In this document: piece by piece, positions 1-11,475 of the stretch
How positions within the stretch are numbered: position 1 is the first letter of the stretch
Layout of the letters: every line of letters begins with the position of its first letter
Origin: Klebsormidium nitens
Taxonomy: Eukaryota > Plantae > Klebsormidiophyceae
Assembly (NCBI GenBank): GCA_000708835.1
Contig: DF236977.1
Span: forward strand, 1 to 64,000
DNA length: 64,000 bases
Direction: 5' to 3'
Program-made: the position numbers and the translations under genes
The notes under the pieces: generated by a model
Databases searched by the model: none
The model's input: the letters and a program-made list of their open reading frames with translations, nothing else
Told to the model about the DNA's origin: nothing

Positions 1-450
1 ACAGTCTGCCACAGCACCACCCACCTCCCACTGAGAGCTCGAACTCACGTGCGAAAACTTTCACCCCGGTGGGCCGGACCCTTCACTGTTGTGCAGGTTG
101 TGTCCTCCGTGGCATACAAACTCGACCTGCCAGCACACATGCAAACCCACCCAGTTCTCCATGTCTCGCAGCTCAAACCTTACCATCCAAACGACCCCGA
201 GCGATTCCCCGACCGTGCACTGCCACCCCCCGATCCCATTCCACCGGACATAGCTGATGACCCTGTCGCGCAGATCGACGAGATCCTTGAAACCCGGGTT
301 ATCCGCCGGGGCCGCTCGAAAAAGACCCAACACCTGGTCCTTTTCCGAGGGCAACCCCGGCACGACGCTCACTGGGTCGACGCTTCTCGGTTTGGTATTT
401 TAATAGCACGAGGCAACGGGGACGTTGCCAATGTTTCGGGGGGGGGCTAG
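1..450 (+). mobile_element. 3' end of Ty3/gypsy (chromovirus) pol: integrase C-terminal GPY/F region plus chromodomain, 5'-partial
   Basis: The frame is open from base 1. It contains KLSPRWAGPFTVVQVVSSVAYKLDLPAHMQTHPVLHVSQLKPY (GPY/F motif), then QIDEILETR...HLVLFRGQPRHDAHW (chromodomain-like), with the stop at 448-450 just before the LTR. Confidence 0.93.
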
Positions 451-826
451 CTGTGACACACGTGTAGTCTTGTCGGCTCATATATTACCGTAGATTTGTG
501 CACTCGGTTAGCTTCACACCGTTAGATTAAGAGGACAACGGCCGTCACCCCTGCTTCGAATAACGGATACTGCATACTGCACGCTGATTGGCTGGCGCTG
601 ATTGGCCTTAGCTCCCAGTCTAAGCACTGTAACTTAGACTGACTCTCAGCCTAGACTTGAGCTGAGGAGAGTACAAAGGGTGGATTTCTCCACCTCTGCC
701 TCATTCTCAGACTTCTCGGATTCTTGAGATTGAAGGCGCCCCTTTTCCTAAGAGTTTATCACCCCCGGACCCCTCTTGCCTTGGATAAGCGGAGGATTTT
801 CCTTGTGAAAATCGCTTCCGTTCACA
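438..826 (+). mobile_element. Polypurine tract (G9, 438-446) and 3' LTR (452-826, TG...CA) of the chromovirus
   Basis: A G-run precedes TGTGAC at 452 and the repeat ends in TTCACA at 826. A near-identical second copy at 1629-1993 defines the boundaries. Confidence 0.9.
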
Positions 827-957
827 GCCTGTGACTCGTCGTATTTAACCCTTTAACAGCGGGGTAAAACCCGTCAAGGTCGCCGTACTTGATTATTATC
901 GATAATCGCAAAATTCAAAATTACCGTTCGATCGGCGAGACTCTTTCGATCGGACAG

Positions 958-977
958 NNNNNNNNNNNNNNNNNNNN
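958..977. other. Assembly gap (20 N)
   Basis: Run of N characters. Confidence 1.
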
Positions 978-1208
978 GGTGATCCGGTGGCATTTCTAGT
1001 TCAATACAGCTGGCGAAAGTAAGCACGGCCGCGCGGCCGCGCATAGGCGCGCTGGCGTAAAACGCCGACGTTTCAATGACAATCTGGGCTCAGGTGGCAC
1101 TAATACATTAACGGTTAACCTTTTTTGAGCCGTCTGCCGTCGAGGCGGCTGATATTTGGGTTAGCGTCAGACCATCACCTATTCTTGCACCAAGTCATAG
1201 GCTGGGGC

Positions 1209-1383
1209 ACTCGTGTGACCTAAGAGCCGTGTGACCTAAGATAGGCACCCGGGGGACGGGTGGGGTTGGTATGGTGGTTAGGGTGGGTTGGGATGCGGAG
1301 CGGGTGTTTATTTGGGTTAGGTTTTTAGTTAGAAGTGCCCAGTTAGCTCGTATTGTAGGTCACACGCCCGTTAGTCACACGAG
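1209..1383. repeat. Degenerate inverted-repeat element (MITE-like) with a G/T-rich core
   Basis: The left arm CTCGTGTGACCTAAGAGCCGTGTGACCTA is mirrored by TAGGTCACACG...TAGTCACACGAG (1356-1383). The core contains GGTTAGGGT and GGGTTAGGTTTTTAGTTAG. Confidence 0.4.
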
Positions 1384-1628
1384 AGTTACCGGTATGGCTG
1401 GGGCGCCTGAAATCGCATAAGCATACAGATAGTTTCGCCAATTTCGCCAATTAGGGTGAATTTGCGCTTCAGCTATTAGTGTTTGCGCATTTCAGAAAAC
1501 AATTTCGCCACGATCACTGGATCATAATCATCCGATACGACCAAGGCCGAGGTCGCCACGACTTCCCATGACAGTCCCATTTGATTGCCGGCTTTTGGGC
1601 GATAGAACCACAGGATGTATTTGCCGAT

Positions 1629-1993
1629 TGTGACACGTAGTCTTGTCCGCTCATATATTACCGTAGATTTGTGCACTCGGTTAGCTTCACACCGTTAGAG
1701 TACAACGGCCGTCACCCCTGCTTCGAATAACGGATACTGCATACTGCACGCTGATTGGCTGGCGCTTATTGGCCTTAGCTCCCAGTCTAATCACTGTAGC
1801 TTAGACTGACTCTCAGCCTAGACTTGAGCTGAGGAGAGTACAAAGGGTGGATTTCTCCACCTCTGCCTCATTCTCAGACTTCTCGGATTCTTGAGATTGA
1901 AGGCGCCCCTTTTCCTAAGAGTTTATCACCCCCGGACCCCTCTTGCCTTGGATAAGCGGAGGATTCTCCTTGTGAAAATCGCTTCCGTTCACA
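1629..1993 (+). mobile_element. Solo LTR of the same family as 452-826
   Basis: It has TG...CA ends and is near-identical to the 3' LTR apart from a few substitutions and short indels. It is flanked by CGAT at 1625-1628 and 1994-1997, with no internal domain. Confidence 0.9.
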
Positions 1994-2089
1994 CGATTGT
2001 AGTGAAACGCTTTTCTCGACTCGAGCGGTTCTCTTGACGAACTGGCACTGCCGGCTGCTGAATTGCTGGCGACCGACATAGACCTCAGA

Positions 2090-2793
2090 CAACCCAGACT
2101 CACGGCCGTATCGAGAAAACCTCTCGTAAAGCCATCGGAAGCATATTGAACAAATTGCTCGATACGGCCGGCCGGGTATCGATCAAATTGCTCGTTTTCT
2201 GGTAGCGCCTATTGGGAAAAAGTCTCGATTTTTGTGAAGCCCCGGGCACACACTAGAACAAAAAGTACTTGCCCGGTTGTCACTCGCAGTGGTGTAACCC
2301 TAAGGCGGGAAGGCCCGGTTGCTCCAGGGAGCTGCCCGGTTGTTCGCCGCTTGCCCGCGAGACCGTAATGTCACAGGGAGGGCCCGGTTGCCACGGTCCC
2401 TAAACTACTAGTCTAGAGGGGAATTGTCCGGTGTCCCCGGGGAGTTGCAGCCGCCCGCCGCCCCGACCAACCACCCATAGGGGTACCGTCCTTTATGTAC
2501 CGCGATCCTGGCGGTCGTGTGGACCGATGTTGTGGGTCGCAGCGGTCACCTGGATCGACGGCGGAGATCGTCCGGACCGACCCCTGAAAGAACCGGAGAT
2601 CTAGGCGCCTCGGTCCCAAAATCGAGCAAATTGCTCGATAGGGCATTCTCCGTATCGAGCAAATCCTCCAATACGGTCCTCGCGAATACGATAAATTTGT
2701 CCAATACGGATCTACGGACATCGAACGATTTGCTCATAAAACCAAAATGGCTTTACGAGGGGTTTTCTCGATACGGACCGTGAGTCTGGGTTG
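2090..2793. mobile_element. Non-autonomous TIR DNA transposon (704 bp, 46/47-bp TIRs, 7-bp TSD)
   Basis: CAACCCAGACTCACGG(T)CCGTATCGAGAAAACC(T/C)CTCGTAAAGCCAT lies at 2090-2135 and inverted at 2747-2793. CCTCAGA is duplicated at 2083-2089 and 2794-2800. No transposase ORF is present. Confidence 0.88.
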
Positions 2794-3947
2794 CCTCAGA
2801 AAAGCCCTGGAACTTGGAAGACTCGCGTTCGAAGATAGTGGACAACTTTTTGATTGGTCCGATTACGATACCTCGAATCGGACGGTTGCGAACTACCGAA
2901 CTTTCGGCACAAAAATGCATGAGACCCCGCAGTGGTCCTGTGCATTTTCGGAAGAGCTTTCGAAGGGCGCCATGGCGCCCGCTTAGGAAGAATTTTGCGC
3001 TTCCCACCCTGGCCCACCCTTGTATAGGCTTCAAAATTCTTTCAACTTACCTGCTCGCCTCAGCCCAGTCGCCTTCGGCTTCCCATGCTCCCTGCTCTAT
3101 CGGACTCGCGTCGTAGCCCTCCATCCAGCTCTTCTTGGGCCTGCACTAGCGTTACGGTCGTTCGTCTTGCCCCCAGCTGCCTTCTGTTTTTTCCTCGCAC
3201 GGCTAGTTGTTCGCCGCCGACGCGGCCGCGCGCGACATTCGATCTTGAATTAAATTCGCGCGACACCGGCCGACGCCGGCGCCTTTACTGCTAGCCTCAC
3301 TGCGGGTGATGACAAAAGACAGCTTCGGGGTGACCGGCGCCAAGCATTTAGTACCGAATGCTGGTGCAGCCCAAATGGCTGGAACCCTGTTCGACGAATT
3401 TTTCAACCGGTTTGTTGTCCCTAGTTCTCAGACTTGGAACTTGGAAGTGAAGATACGCAGCAGCGCAGGCTGAGGTACCGGCTGAGGCAGGAGCAGGGCG
3501 GCTGCTGATGCCAATGCCATTGCACGGGTGTGATGCATTGCCTGAGGCTTGCAAATGCTGATTTTGGCATATTTGCGGACCTTAAAAGCCACTGTCGTCA
3601 TTGACAATGCCATTGGCATCATTCAGCTGAGGAATTAAGTGGTTTTCACCTGTGTACCTGATCAGGATGAGTCCGTTTCCTTGAAGGCACGTTTGGCTTC
3701 AAGAGTCATTGATGCTGCCCAGCTCAAAGTTGAAGCTCCTGTTGCCGCTGTATAGGAATTCTGGACCAAAAAGTATCAGTATCTGACACCACTAATGAGT
3801 GGGGCTTCGCGCTTAAAGTGTGCTCGTCATGTTTCATTCCTCAGAAGATGTACAGTACGGGGATGGGTTGGTAAAAAGGCGGCACATATCCGTTCTTTTG
3901 AATCAGCTTAGCAGATACCTCTGAGGTCTAATCCACATCCAGGCACA

Positions 3948-6900
3948 ATGGCGGTCATATTGGATGCTACTCAAGCAGCTCCTAGTAAAGAGCAGGAGGC
4001 CAAGGAGCTTTTTGAGAAGGACGATTATCAGAGATGTCTGCAAGTGCTGGATCAAGTGACATTGAGCCCCAACAAAGATGTAAAGGTAAGTCAGGGTTTC
4101 CTTTGGGCCTTGCTTTTCTTCCCTAGTGTTTCAAGGCATCCGTTTCTGGCTTCATTGGTTCTTGTCCTAGCTCAGTCACAACCGCTTCAGATAGTGCAAG
4201 GATTTGAGTCTGCTGAAACGCCAGATGTGCTGACGAGTTTCTTCACTGCTCGAGAAATGGAGAGAGGGATGGAAAAGCTGGGGGTTTCATTCGCTTCCAT
4301 TCTTTGAAGAGAGCCCCTGTTCATAATGCTCAGATTGGGCAAAGGCGCATCTACAGACCCAGTGACTACTCCTTGTTGACAATTGACTCATTGTTGCAGG
4401 TGCTTCATAACAGAGCCCTTGCGGATTTCTATCAAGCTGGGGGCAAGGAGGCACAACTGCTGCAAGAAAGATTGCAGGCGTGCCAGGTGAGGACGAGTGA
4501 GCAAGAGTGCATCATGCTCAGGGCGTTCGGGGCATTCTCTTCTGCAGGCCCTCTTATGCAGGCCGTGCTCAAGAACTGGAATCAAGTCGCACTGTCACCA
4601 TTCGCTGTCACCATTCACCGAAATACTCCAAATGCCAGAACTCCAGAGAGGGCTAGAGATTGTGGCTCCACAACCATGACCACCCTTCGCCCCAGATTGA
4701 CCACTTCAAAGAACGCAGAGTCTGCCCTTCTGTTCGCTCCTTCAAAAAGCTGTTGACTATTCCCTGTTTTGTTGGCTTTGCGGTGATTCTGAGCTACTGG
4801 CGCTTCAATGAACCTTGTTGCATCGTCCAGCAAGGCTTGGGAAATGGCATCGATGAGATTCAGTGTCACTGTCCAATCCCATGTTACTTTTGGAACTATG
4901 ATGCTGTTGAATTTCGAGTATGTCAGCAGAGTCCTTCCAGGTGGCCGGAAGAGTTGCTTCTCTTCTTCAGGGGGGTGTGGGTTTCCCTGTAAAAGCTGCA
5001 TCGAAGACATCCGTCAAAGGGGTTCCATCATAGGTGTTCCAAGATCAAAAAGTATTCCGCACCCTTGGTGCCAAGCCAACTGGGCCTGCTGTCATCTTGC
5101 TGCAGGCCCGCAACGATGAGCTGCGGCAGGCTGCTGAGGCCGAATTGGATGGTGCCGTCTCACCTTCTGGTGCTACTTCATTCCGGGAGTCTTTCTCAGC
5201 TGACGGGGCTGCAAAGGCTGCGGAGCCCCTCTCCTGGGACTACCAGACAGCAACGTTGACATACAACCTGGTGAGGACTGCACTTTCTGTCTGTATCTTG
5301 TGTCAAAAGACCCCCTTCGCTGGTTGCACTTACTATCCTTTCACCTTGTTGTTTTGTTTTTTCAATTCGGTTGGTCGCGTCCGGTGCCCTGTATCATCTG
5401 AGAGAATCATTGGAATGCTTTGGCAGCGCGACGCTTGTATTGTCTCAAGTTTGGTTGTCATAACTTGCTGAGCAGATTGTTGCTGCCAAAGCAGAGGCAC
5501 ATCTGATTGAGGGCCCGTCGGGCATCCCGAATTGGGCAAACACGCCGTCCTTTGTCATTGATGCAGAGGGCTTCAGAGATCAGCTTTTTGCAAAGCGTAT
5601 GTTTCACTTCACGCCCTCCCTACAGGCCCTCGTCCACTACCAGCAGCACCGCTACTCTCAGGCGGCCACTCTCCTGGAACCGCTCTATACAAACCTGGAG
5701 CCTCTCGACGAGGTATGCTTGCCGCAGCGCCTCCTTTCACAAGACTCACAACGCCAACTGTGCATCTTCTAGGCTGATGTAAAGATGTTTGTCTTGCTTT
5801 TGAGCATGTTCGGTTATTGTCAAGACGTTACTGGAGCGAGGGTCGTCACAGAATCGATCGGGTCTGTCAAGAACTGCCCATGAGGTTGCATAGTCTCAGC
5901 ACCCTCCCCTGTGCTATCCATTGCAGGACGTTGCCCTCCGGGTGTGCTTACTCCTCCTGGACGTTCATCTCGCCAACCGCCAGCCAGCGAAAGCCGCTGT
6001 GAGCTTTGCCTTGAAATGGAGAACACAACATATTCCAGTCTTGCTTTTTAAAAAGGGTTGTCTGTCCCGACTCACCCATCCTAAACATGAGTGCCAGCGA
6101 GAGTTGTTGGGTTTCTCGAGCCGAAAACCTTTTGTCGACACTGAGACTGTTTCTTCATTTTTTGCTTGAGAATTTTGTAGGGAGACTCGGCAAAGCACAA
6201 AGTCGAACCTGCTACTTTGACCTCTTCTTCCATGTGCTCTGCATTTCTCGCCCTGCTCATTTGAAGAAAGGGGTGGTTTTGTATGGGAAGCACCGTGCCG
6301 AGTATTTTCTGCTGATGCAGAGCTTGTGTACCGGCTGACTGCTGACCTGCTTCCTTCTGTGGTGTGCAGAACGTGCTGAGCTTCTTGGAGAAGCTGTTCT
6401 CGGTCTACTTCCCCACCACCTGGCTAAGTTCCAACAACCGAGATGAGAGGCCCCGTGGTCGCAGCGGAGGCCGGGAGCGGGGAGACTCTGCAGAACGGGG
6501 AGAAGACGCAGAGCCCAGCACGAGGCCCGGCACGCCCGCCGAGTCGTCCAGCGTCGAGGGCGGCCACTCGCGCAACACGTCCGAGGACAACTTCGACGAG
6601 GACGCAGGGACAGCACCCGCACAGAGCCGGGGCCGGAACGGCAAGGGGTTTGAGGGCTTCGCTGGCTTTTCGAAGCCCTTGCCGATCGAAGCGGAGGATC
6701 TGAAGCTGCGGTTGCATCTGGGGCGTGCTCGGCTGCTGATGCTGACGCAGAACTTGAAGAGCATGAAGCGCGAGGTCAAGGCCGCTCTGGCGCTGTCCAA
6801 GGAGCACACGCACGCGCTGACCCTGAAGGCGCAGCTCGAGTGCAGCCGGGCCAACTACCGGAAAGCCATCAAGCTCCTCGTGAGCGCGCACACGCCCGAC

Positions 6901-8346
6901 GCCCAAGTCTCCCAAACCTCCCGTGCCGCGTTCCTGGGCAACCTGGGAAACGTCCATCATTACCTGGGCAAGCGCAGCCTGGCCAGCCTCTACTTTTCCA
7001 AAGCCCTGGTGGAGGTCCCGCGCTCGCTGGCGGAGGGCGCGCAGACGGACGGCCAGGCGGTGCTGTACAGCGCGGCCCTGGAGCAGCTAGTCGCGGGTAA
7101 CGCTGTGGCCGCAGCGCAGTGCTTTCAGCAGGTCGGGGGGCAGAGCGCCTTGCGGCTGCTGCGGCTGGGGGAGGCGTGCATCGCGGCACACAGCAAGGGC
7201 CTACTGGGGTCGGCGCACGGCGGGGAGAGCTCGGAAGCCGTCAGCTCTTATGGCGATAAGCAGGTGCGGGTGACAGTGGGCGGAGAGGGACCCTGGAAGA
7301 CGGTCGTCCACAGAAAGCAAGACGGTGGAAGCGTGACTGTGGTTGGCGCTGAAAGCAGTCGGTCTTTGGAAGCGGATGAGCAGGAAGGAGGGGCGGCCCT
7401 CGGTGGTTTGAGCCTCGGTTATGCGAAGCAGTGTTTGGAAAAGGTGTTGGCAGTGTCGGAGGGCGCGAAGCACACAGAGGGATTGCAAACGGAGAGGGGC
7501 GGCGGCGGCCGTCGGATGGCTAACGGCACAGTGGAGGCGAGGAAAAGCAACGGGGAGAGTGCACATAAGAGAAACGGTAACGGGAAGGCCGGGGGGAGTG
7601 CGTCAGCAGAAGACGGGGTCGGGTCTAGTGAAGGGGTCCGGCCGTCAGGATCAGCGCCCATCACTCTCGGACAGGGGACGCAAGAGCCCGGGTTGAGACA
7701 GGTGGTTCTGAGCTCGTCTTTGAAAGCCGGCCTGGCAGCGTACGAAGCAGAGCAGAAGCGCAAGAACGAACTCATCCAGCAGAGCGCGAGAGTCGGGCTC
7801 GCCTACGTGGACCTCTGCCTTGGAAACCCGGCCCGTGCGCTCGCTCACGTAGAAGCGTCGCTTAGAATTGCGGGGATTGGGCGCGTGAACAGCTTACTGG
7901 CTCGCACATACGCTGCTGAGGCGCTGTGCTTGCTTGGGCGGCCCGGAGAAGCCATCAACCACTTGTCAGTCGCCCTCACGGAGTTGACAAGCTCAAGTAG
8001 CGATCCCCTGCCCCCCGTGCCTGAGCAAGGCCCTGTGCCAGACAAGGAGCAAGTAGCAGCGGTTCCTGTTGGCAAGCCGAGAGACTGGCAGGCGGATCTG
8101 ACAGGGCCTGGTGCTCGTGCAGCCCTGTATGCGAATCTAGCCGCTCTCTATGCTAAGAAGGGCGAACTAGCTGAGGCGCAGCGGTGCATTGCCCGAGCTT
8201 GTCAAATTTGTCGAGAGAGCCCCTCGGTATTGCTAGCTGGAATCTTGGTACAACTCAAGGCGAATGGCGAGGAGGCAGCTCTGTCTAAGCTCAGGGAAGC
8301 TCGCATGCAGTGGGTAGAATCTTCACTGCCAGGTCAACGGACCTAA
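3948..8346 (+). CDS. CNOT10: CCR4-NOT transcription complex subunit 10 (TPR protein), 6 exons, about 841 aa
   Basis: Exons 3948-4085, 4400-4486, 5106-5270, 5626-5712, 5927-5998 and 6370-8346 all have GT-AG boundaries in phase. Motifs match CNOT10: VLHNRALADF, LTLKAQLECSRANYRKAIKLL, FLGNLGNVHHYLGKRSLASLYFSKAL, LRLGEACIAA, LAYVDLCLGNPARAL, YAAEALCLLGRPGEA. Confidence 0.9.
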
Positions 8347-11300
8347 TTTCGGACCTTAGTGTGCCTTTTCAAGGCAAAGTTTGTCGTTCGCTGAGTAAAT
8401 GGACTACATTTATCCGTGGAATTTACTCTCAAGAGGTGGCCCGAGTGTTGACTGTTATAAAGGGATTATGCATGGGAGTCGCTCGTCAATAAGTTGCGTT
8501 CATTATATCAGTAGCCTAGTGATTACCTTTCTCGTTCTCGAGCTTCCAGGTGACACCATGGTGTTCTGCACGGGCCGGCCCTAGCTACACACATGCCTTG
8601 TGCAAGGGCATCATAGTAAGAAGTAGCCATTGAACCTTGAAGTTTGCACTCTTTTAGCTTGTAACCGTATTATACATTGCATGTAACGGTGACGTGTTTA
8701 CAATTCTGCCAGTCTGCCAATTCTATCGGACATACCACAGTCAGATAGATGATCCGACTGTTATTATCAGTAGAGTCACATTGCTCGGTGCATGTGATTC
8801 TGACTTGTGCTACTTCATAGTCTAGTCCTACTTGCAGAAGTCGAAGCGCGCGTTGCAACGTGCATGAGCAAGGAGAATCATCACTTCTGCTCACTTCACT
8901 TGCGTTCACAACTTCACCCATGGTTGAACGTTGAAGATATCCAGTGCAGTGCCTCCGGGCATATGGTTAACTTTCAATAATCATCAGCAATGATGATTCA
9001 CGACGAATCTGATGCTGCTTTTTCGGGGTTTAATCAGCAAGGTTTGAGGTCAAAGAATTATGATACGTCCGGAAATCCATTATTTCGAAATCTGGAGGTC
9101 CAACTATAGGGTATGTACCCAGGTAGTTGGACGCCGACCTCATGCGGCATTGCCGCTACAGACTACAGTAGGAGTTTCGGAAGTTAGGTTGATAACCCCA
9201 ATTTTAAAATTTCCCAATCGAATGAGCGGAGTTGAAGCTGCTATATCAAATAGGTAGTTCAAATTTAATAAGGTATCAGATGAACGAAGACAACTTGGAA
9301 GTACATCATTTTGCAACATAGCTTTCGACATTCCCACGACTGGCACCCAAACCGTATTAGCTAGCCCCCTAACCGTTTCTAGCCCCCCGGCGATTGATAC
9401 AACCGGCTTGTCATTCGATCACTTGCCCTCTTAGTCGAGACTCAAGACTCAACATGAAATCGAGACAAGTTAGTAAGTTACCTACCATGCCCGGTCAATT
9501 GCTCCGCAAAATTCTCCCTTGAAAGCGGTGACGTCATTTGATGATCCCCCAGCATTTATTGCGTCGAACTATCAACGTCGGCCTCCATTATGCACTGCAA
9601 TGCAGTCCTGACTTTCAAAGAAGGTAGTACCGTAGTTAATGTAACGGCAGTGGCACGCGCTGAAGGTCCAGGACGAAGCACAAGCTGAACGGTTGTCTGC
9701 GATGCAAGTTCATTGGACATCATAGAGTTCGCTACACATTGAAGCAAGTCAGCTTACAAGTCATATATGAAGGAAGCCAAAGCTTGTCTCTATTCATTCT
9801 TGTACGTAGGAGGTGCCTTTTGCCGCAGCACGTTTTTGAGGCCGGCATCAATCAACTCCAACCCATTTTGCGTGACGGGCGCCAGATCACTTGAAAGTTT
9901 CAGCTGCAAAAGCTGCTCTGCCTTCGTCTACTCATTGCTTCTTGCGAGATGGCGAGGATTTCCACAATGCAACAGCCCATCTTGGCAGCACCTAAGGTAC
10001 GTGCTTTGTGTTTGACCTTGTCCTCTTGAAGGCGCTCTGTATTTCTATGTGAGTTGAGCGTCGCCCTTGCTTGAAAGCGTCCAAAGAATTCTAATCTTGG
10101 TACTATGCACACTGCTGGCCATCATCAAGAAACAAAATTGTAAGCATCTTGTACGACGTGATAGTCTCCTGTAAAATAATATTATGGATCTAGAATGACT
10201 GGGCCAGGCAATGCTCGACAATGTATGGAGAGCAAGAATCTGATAGTCGTGTCCATAGAAAGGCTGGCATCATTGGATTCTTGCAGGCCTGATTCTGCTC
10301 TTTCTGAATCACCACAGATCCAAAAACATCAATGAACGAGCTCAGATGTTGAGGTCAATGTGATTGTAGTCAAAATTGAAACACATCTTTCCATGAGATA
10401 TTGAATGCAGCATACCTGTCCCAGTAACATAAAGATTGATCAGCATTGGTGCATTCACAATCTTGTTGCAATCAGGCCTTGGCATTAAAGAGCGGAACTG
10501 AGCCCAATTGGTGCGCTCCCACACCCTTGCATCCATTGCATTTCCAAATCTGGATCTCAAGCACGTCCTTCAAGGGTTCAGATTTTGCAAGAGTCTTCAT
10601 GAAGGATGGGCGCCGATTGCAGGAGTTATTCTGCACCTAGGATGTTTGGCAATGTCCGTGGCTGTTGCATTTGTCCCTAAACTGATTAGCAAAGCAGTCT
10701 CTGATGCAGTATGTTGTCATTCTTTTCCAAGGCTTCATACTCACGCACTGCAACAAGCAACATGGTCTTGACCTTACATTCCAACTCGTTGGATTGCAGG
10801 TTGGCCGCCTGTCACCTCCTGAGGCCTGGAGCTCATCCCGCAGTCTCACGTGCCCTCTGACTTTGCATAAACTGTTGCAAGGCGCCTCCAGCATTCCTTT
10901 GCCAGCTGGCAACACAAAGTACGCTTTTCAGGCCAGCCAGGGAAAGGCCAATGGAAGCAGCTTCAATGGAGGGAAGGTCAAGCAAACCCGCAAGCATGTG
11001 AGAGCCCAGTCTTAATGACAAGACACTTCAACATAAGAAAAGCTGAGCCTTGCCTCACATTCGTGCACCTTTCCGTAAAGGATAACAAGCTGTTATTGGA
11101 GCACCCCTTTTTCCTTCCTAGAGCTTGGTGGTGCTGGTCAATCTTACAACCGGAAGCTCTACAGCTTTCAATTCAAGATGTGCACCAAGTTGATTCTTAT
11201 AGACGCAACCTTCCACCAAGGGAAAGCAGCAGCATTATTGGGCTTGGCAATCTGGCCCTAGGAATGAGCTTGACATAGTTACTTGGCAGCTGTCCATCTA

Positions 11301-11475
11301 AAGGGCAGGCATGGTCCTTGAGGCACTCGGTAAACCAGGGTTGTTTTCCTGTCCAACTGCATAATGTGGCAGCTCAATCTCTTTGTGAGCAATCACAAAC
11401 TGAGATCCATGGGTGTCGACACTCGTCACAAGCAACCAATTGAAAAGGCTTGGTGACGTTTTGCAGAAAGGATAG

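Noticed and set aside
845-1120. TTAA-CCCTTTAAC resembling a piggyBac left end
   Set aside because: No matching inverted end was found. The candidate at about 1108-1118 diverges immediately and an assembly gap intervenes.
1476-2986. Short ORFs within the LTRs and the TIR element
   Set aside because: They lie in non-coding repeats and show no recognisable protein motifs.
6405-8075. Multiple long antisense or alternate-frame ORFs over the last CNOT10 exon
   Set aside because: Expected shadows of GC-rich coding sequence.
10342-10560. ORF faintly reminiscent of a Plavaka-type transposase segment
   Set aside because: The catalytic motif is not recognisable and neighbouring frames give no support.
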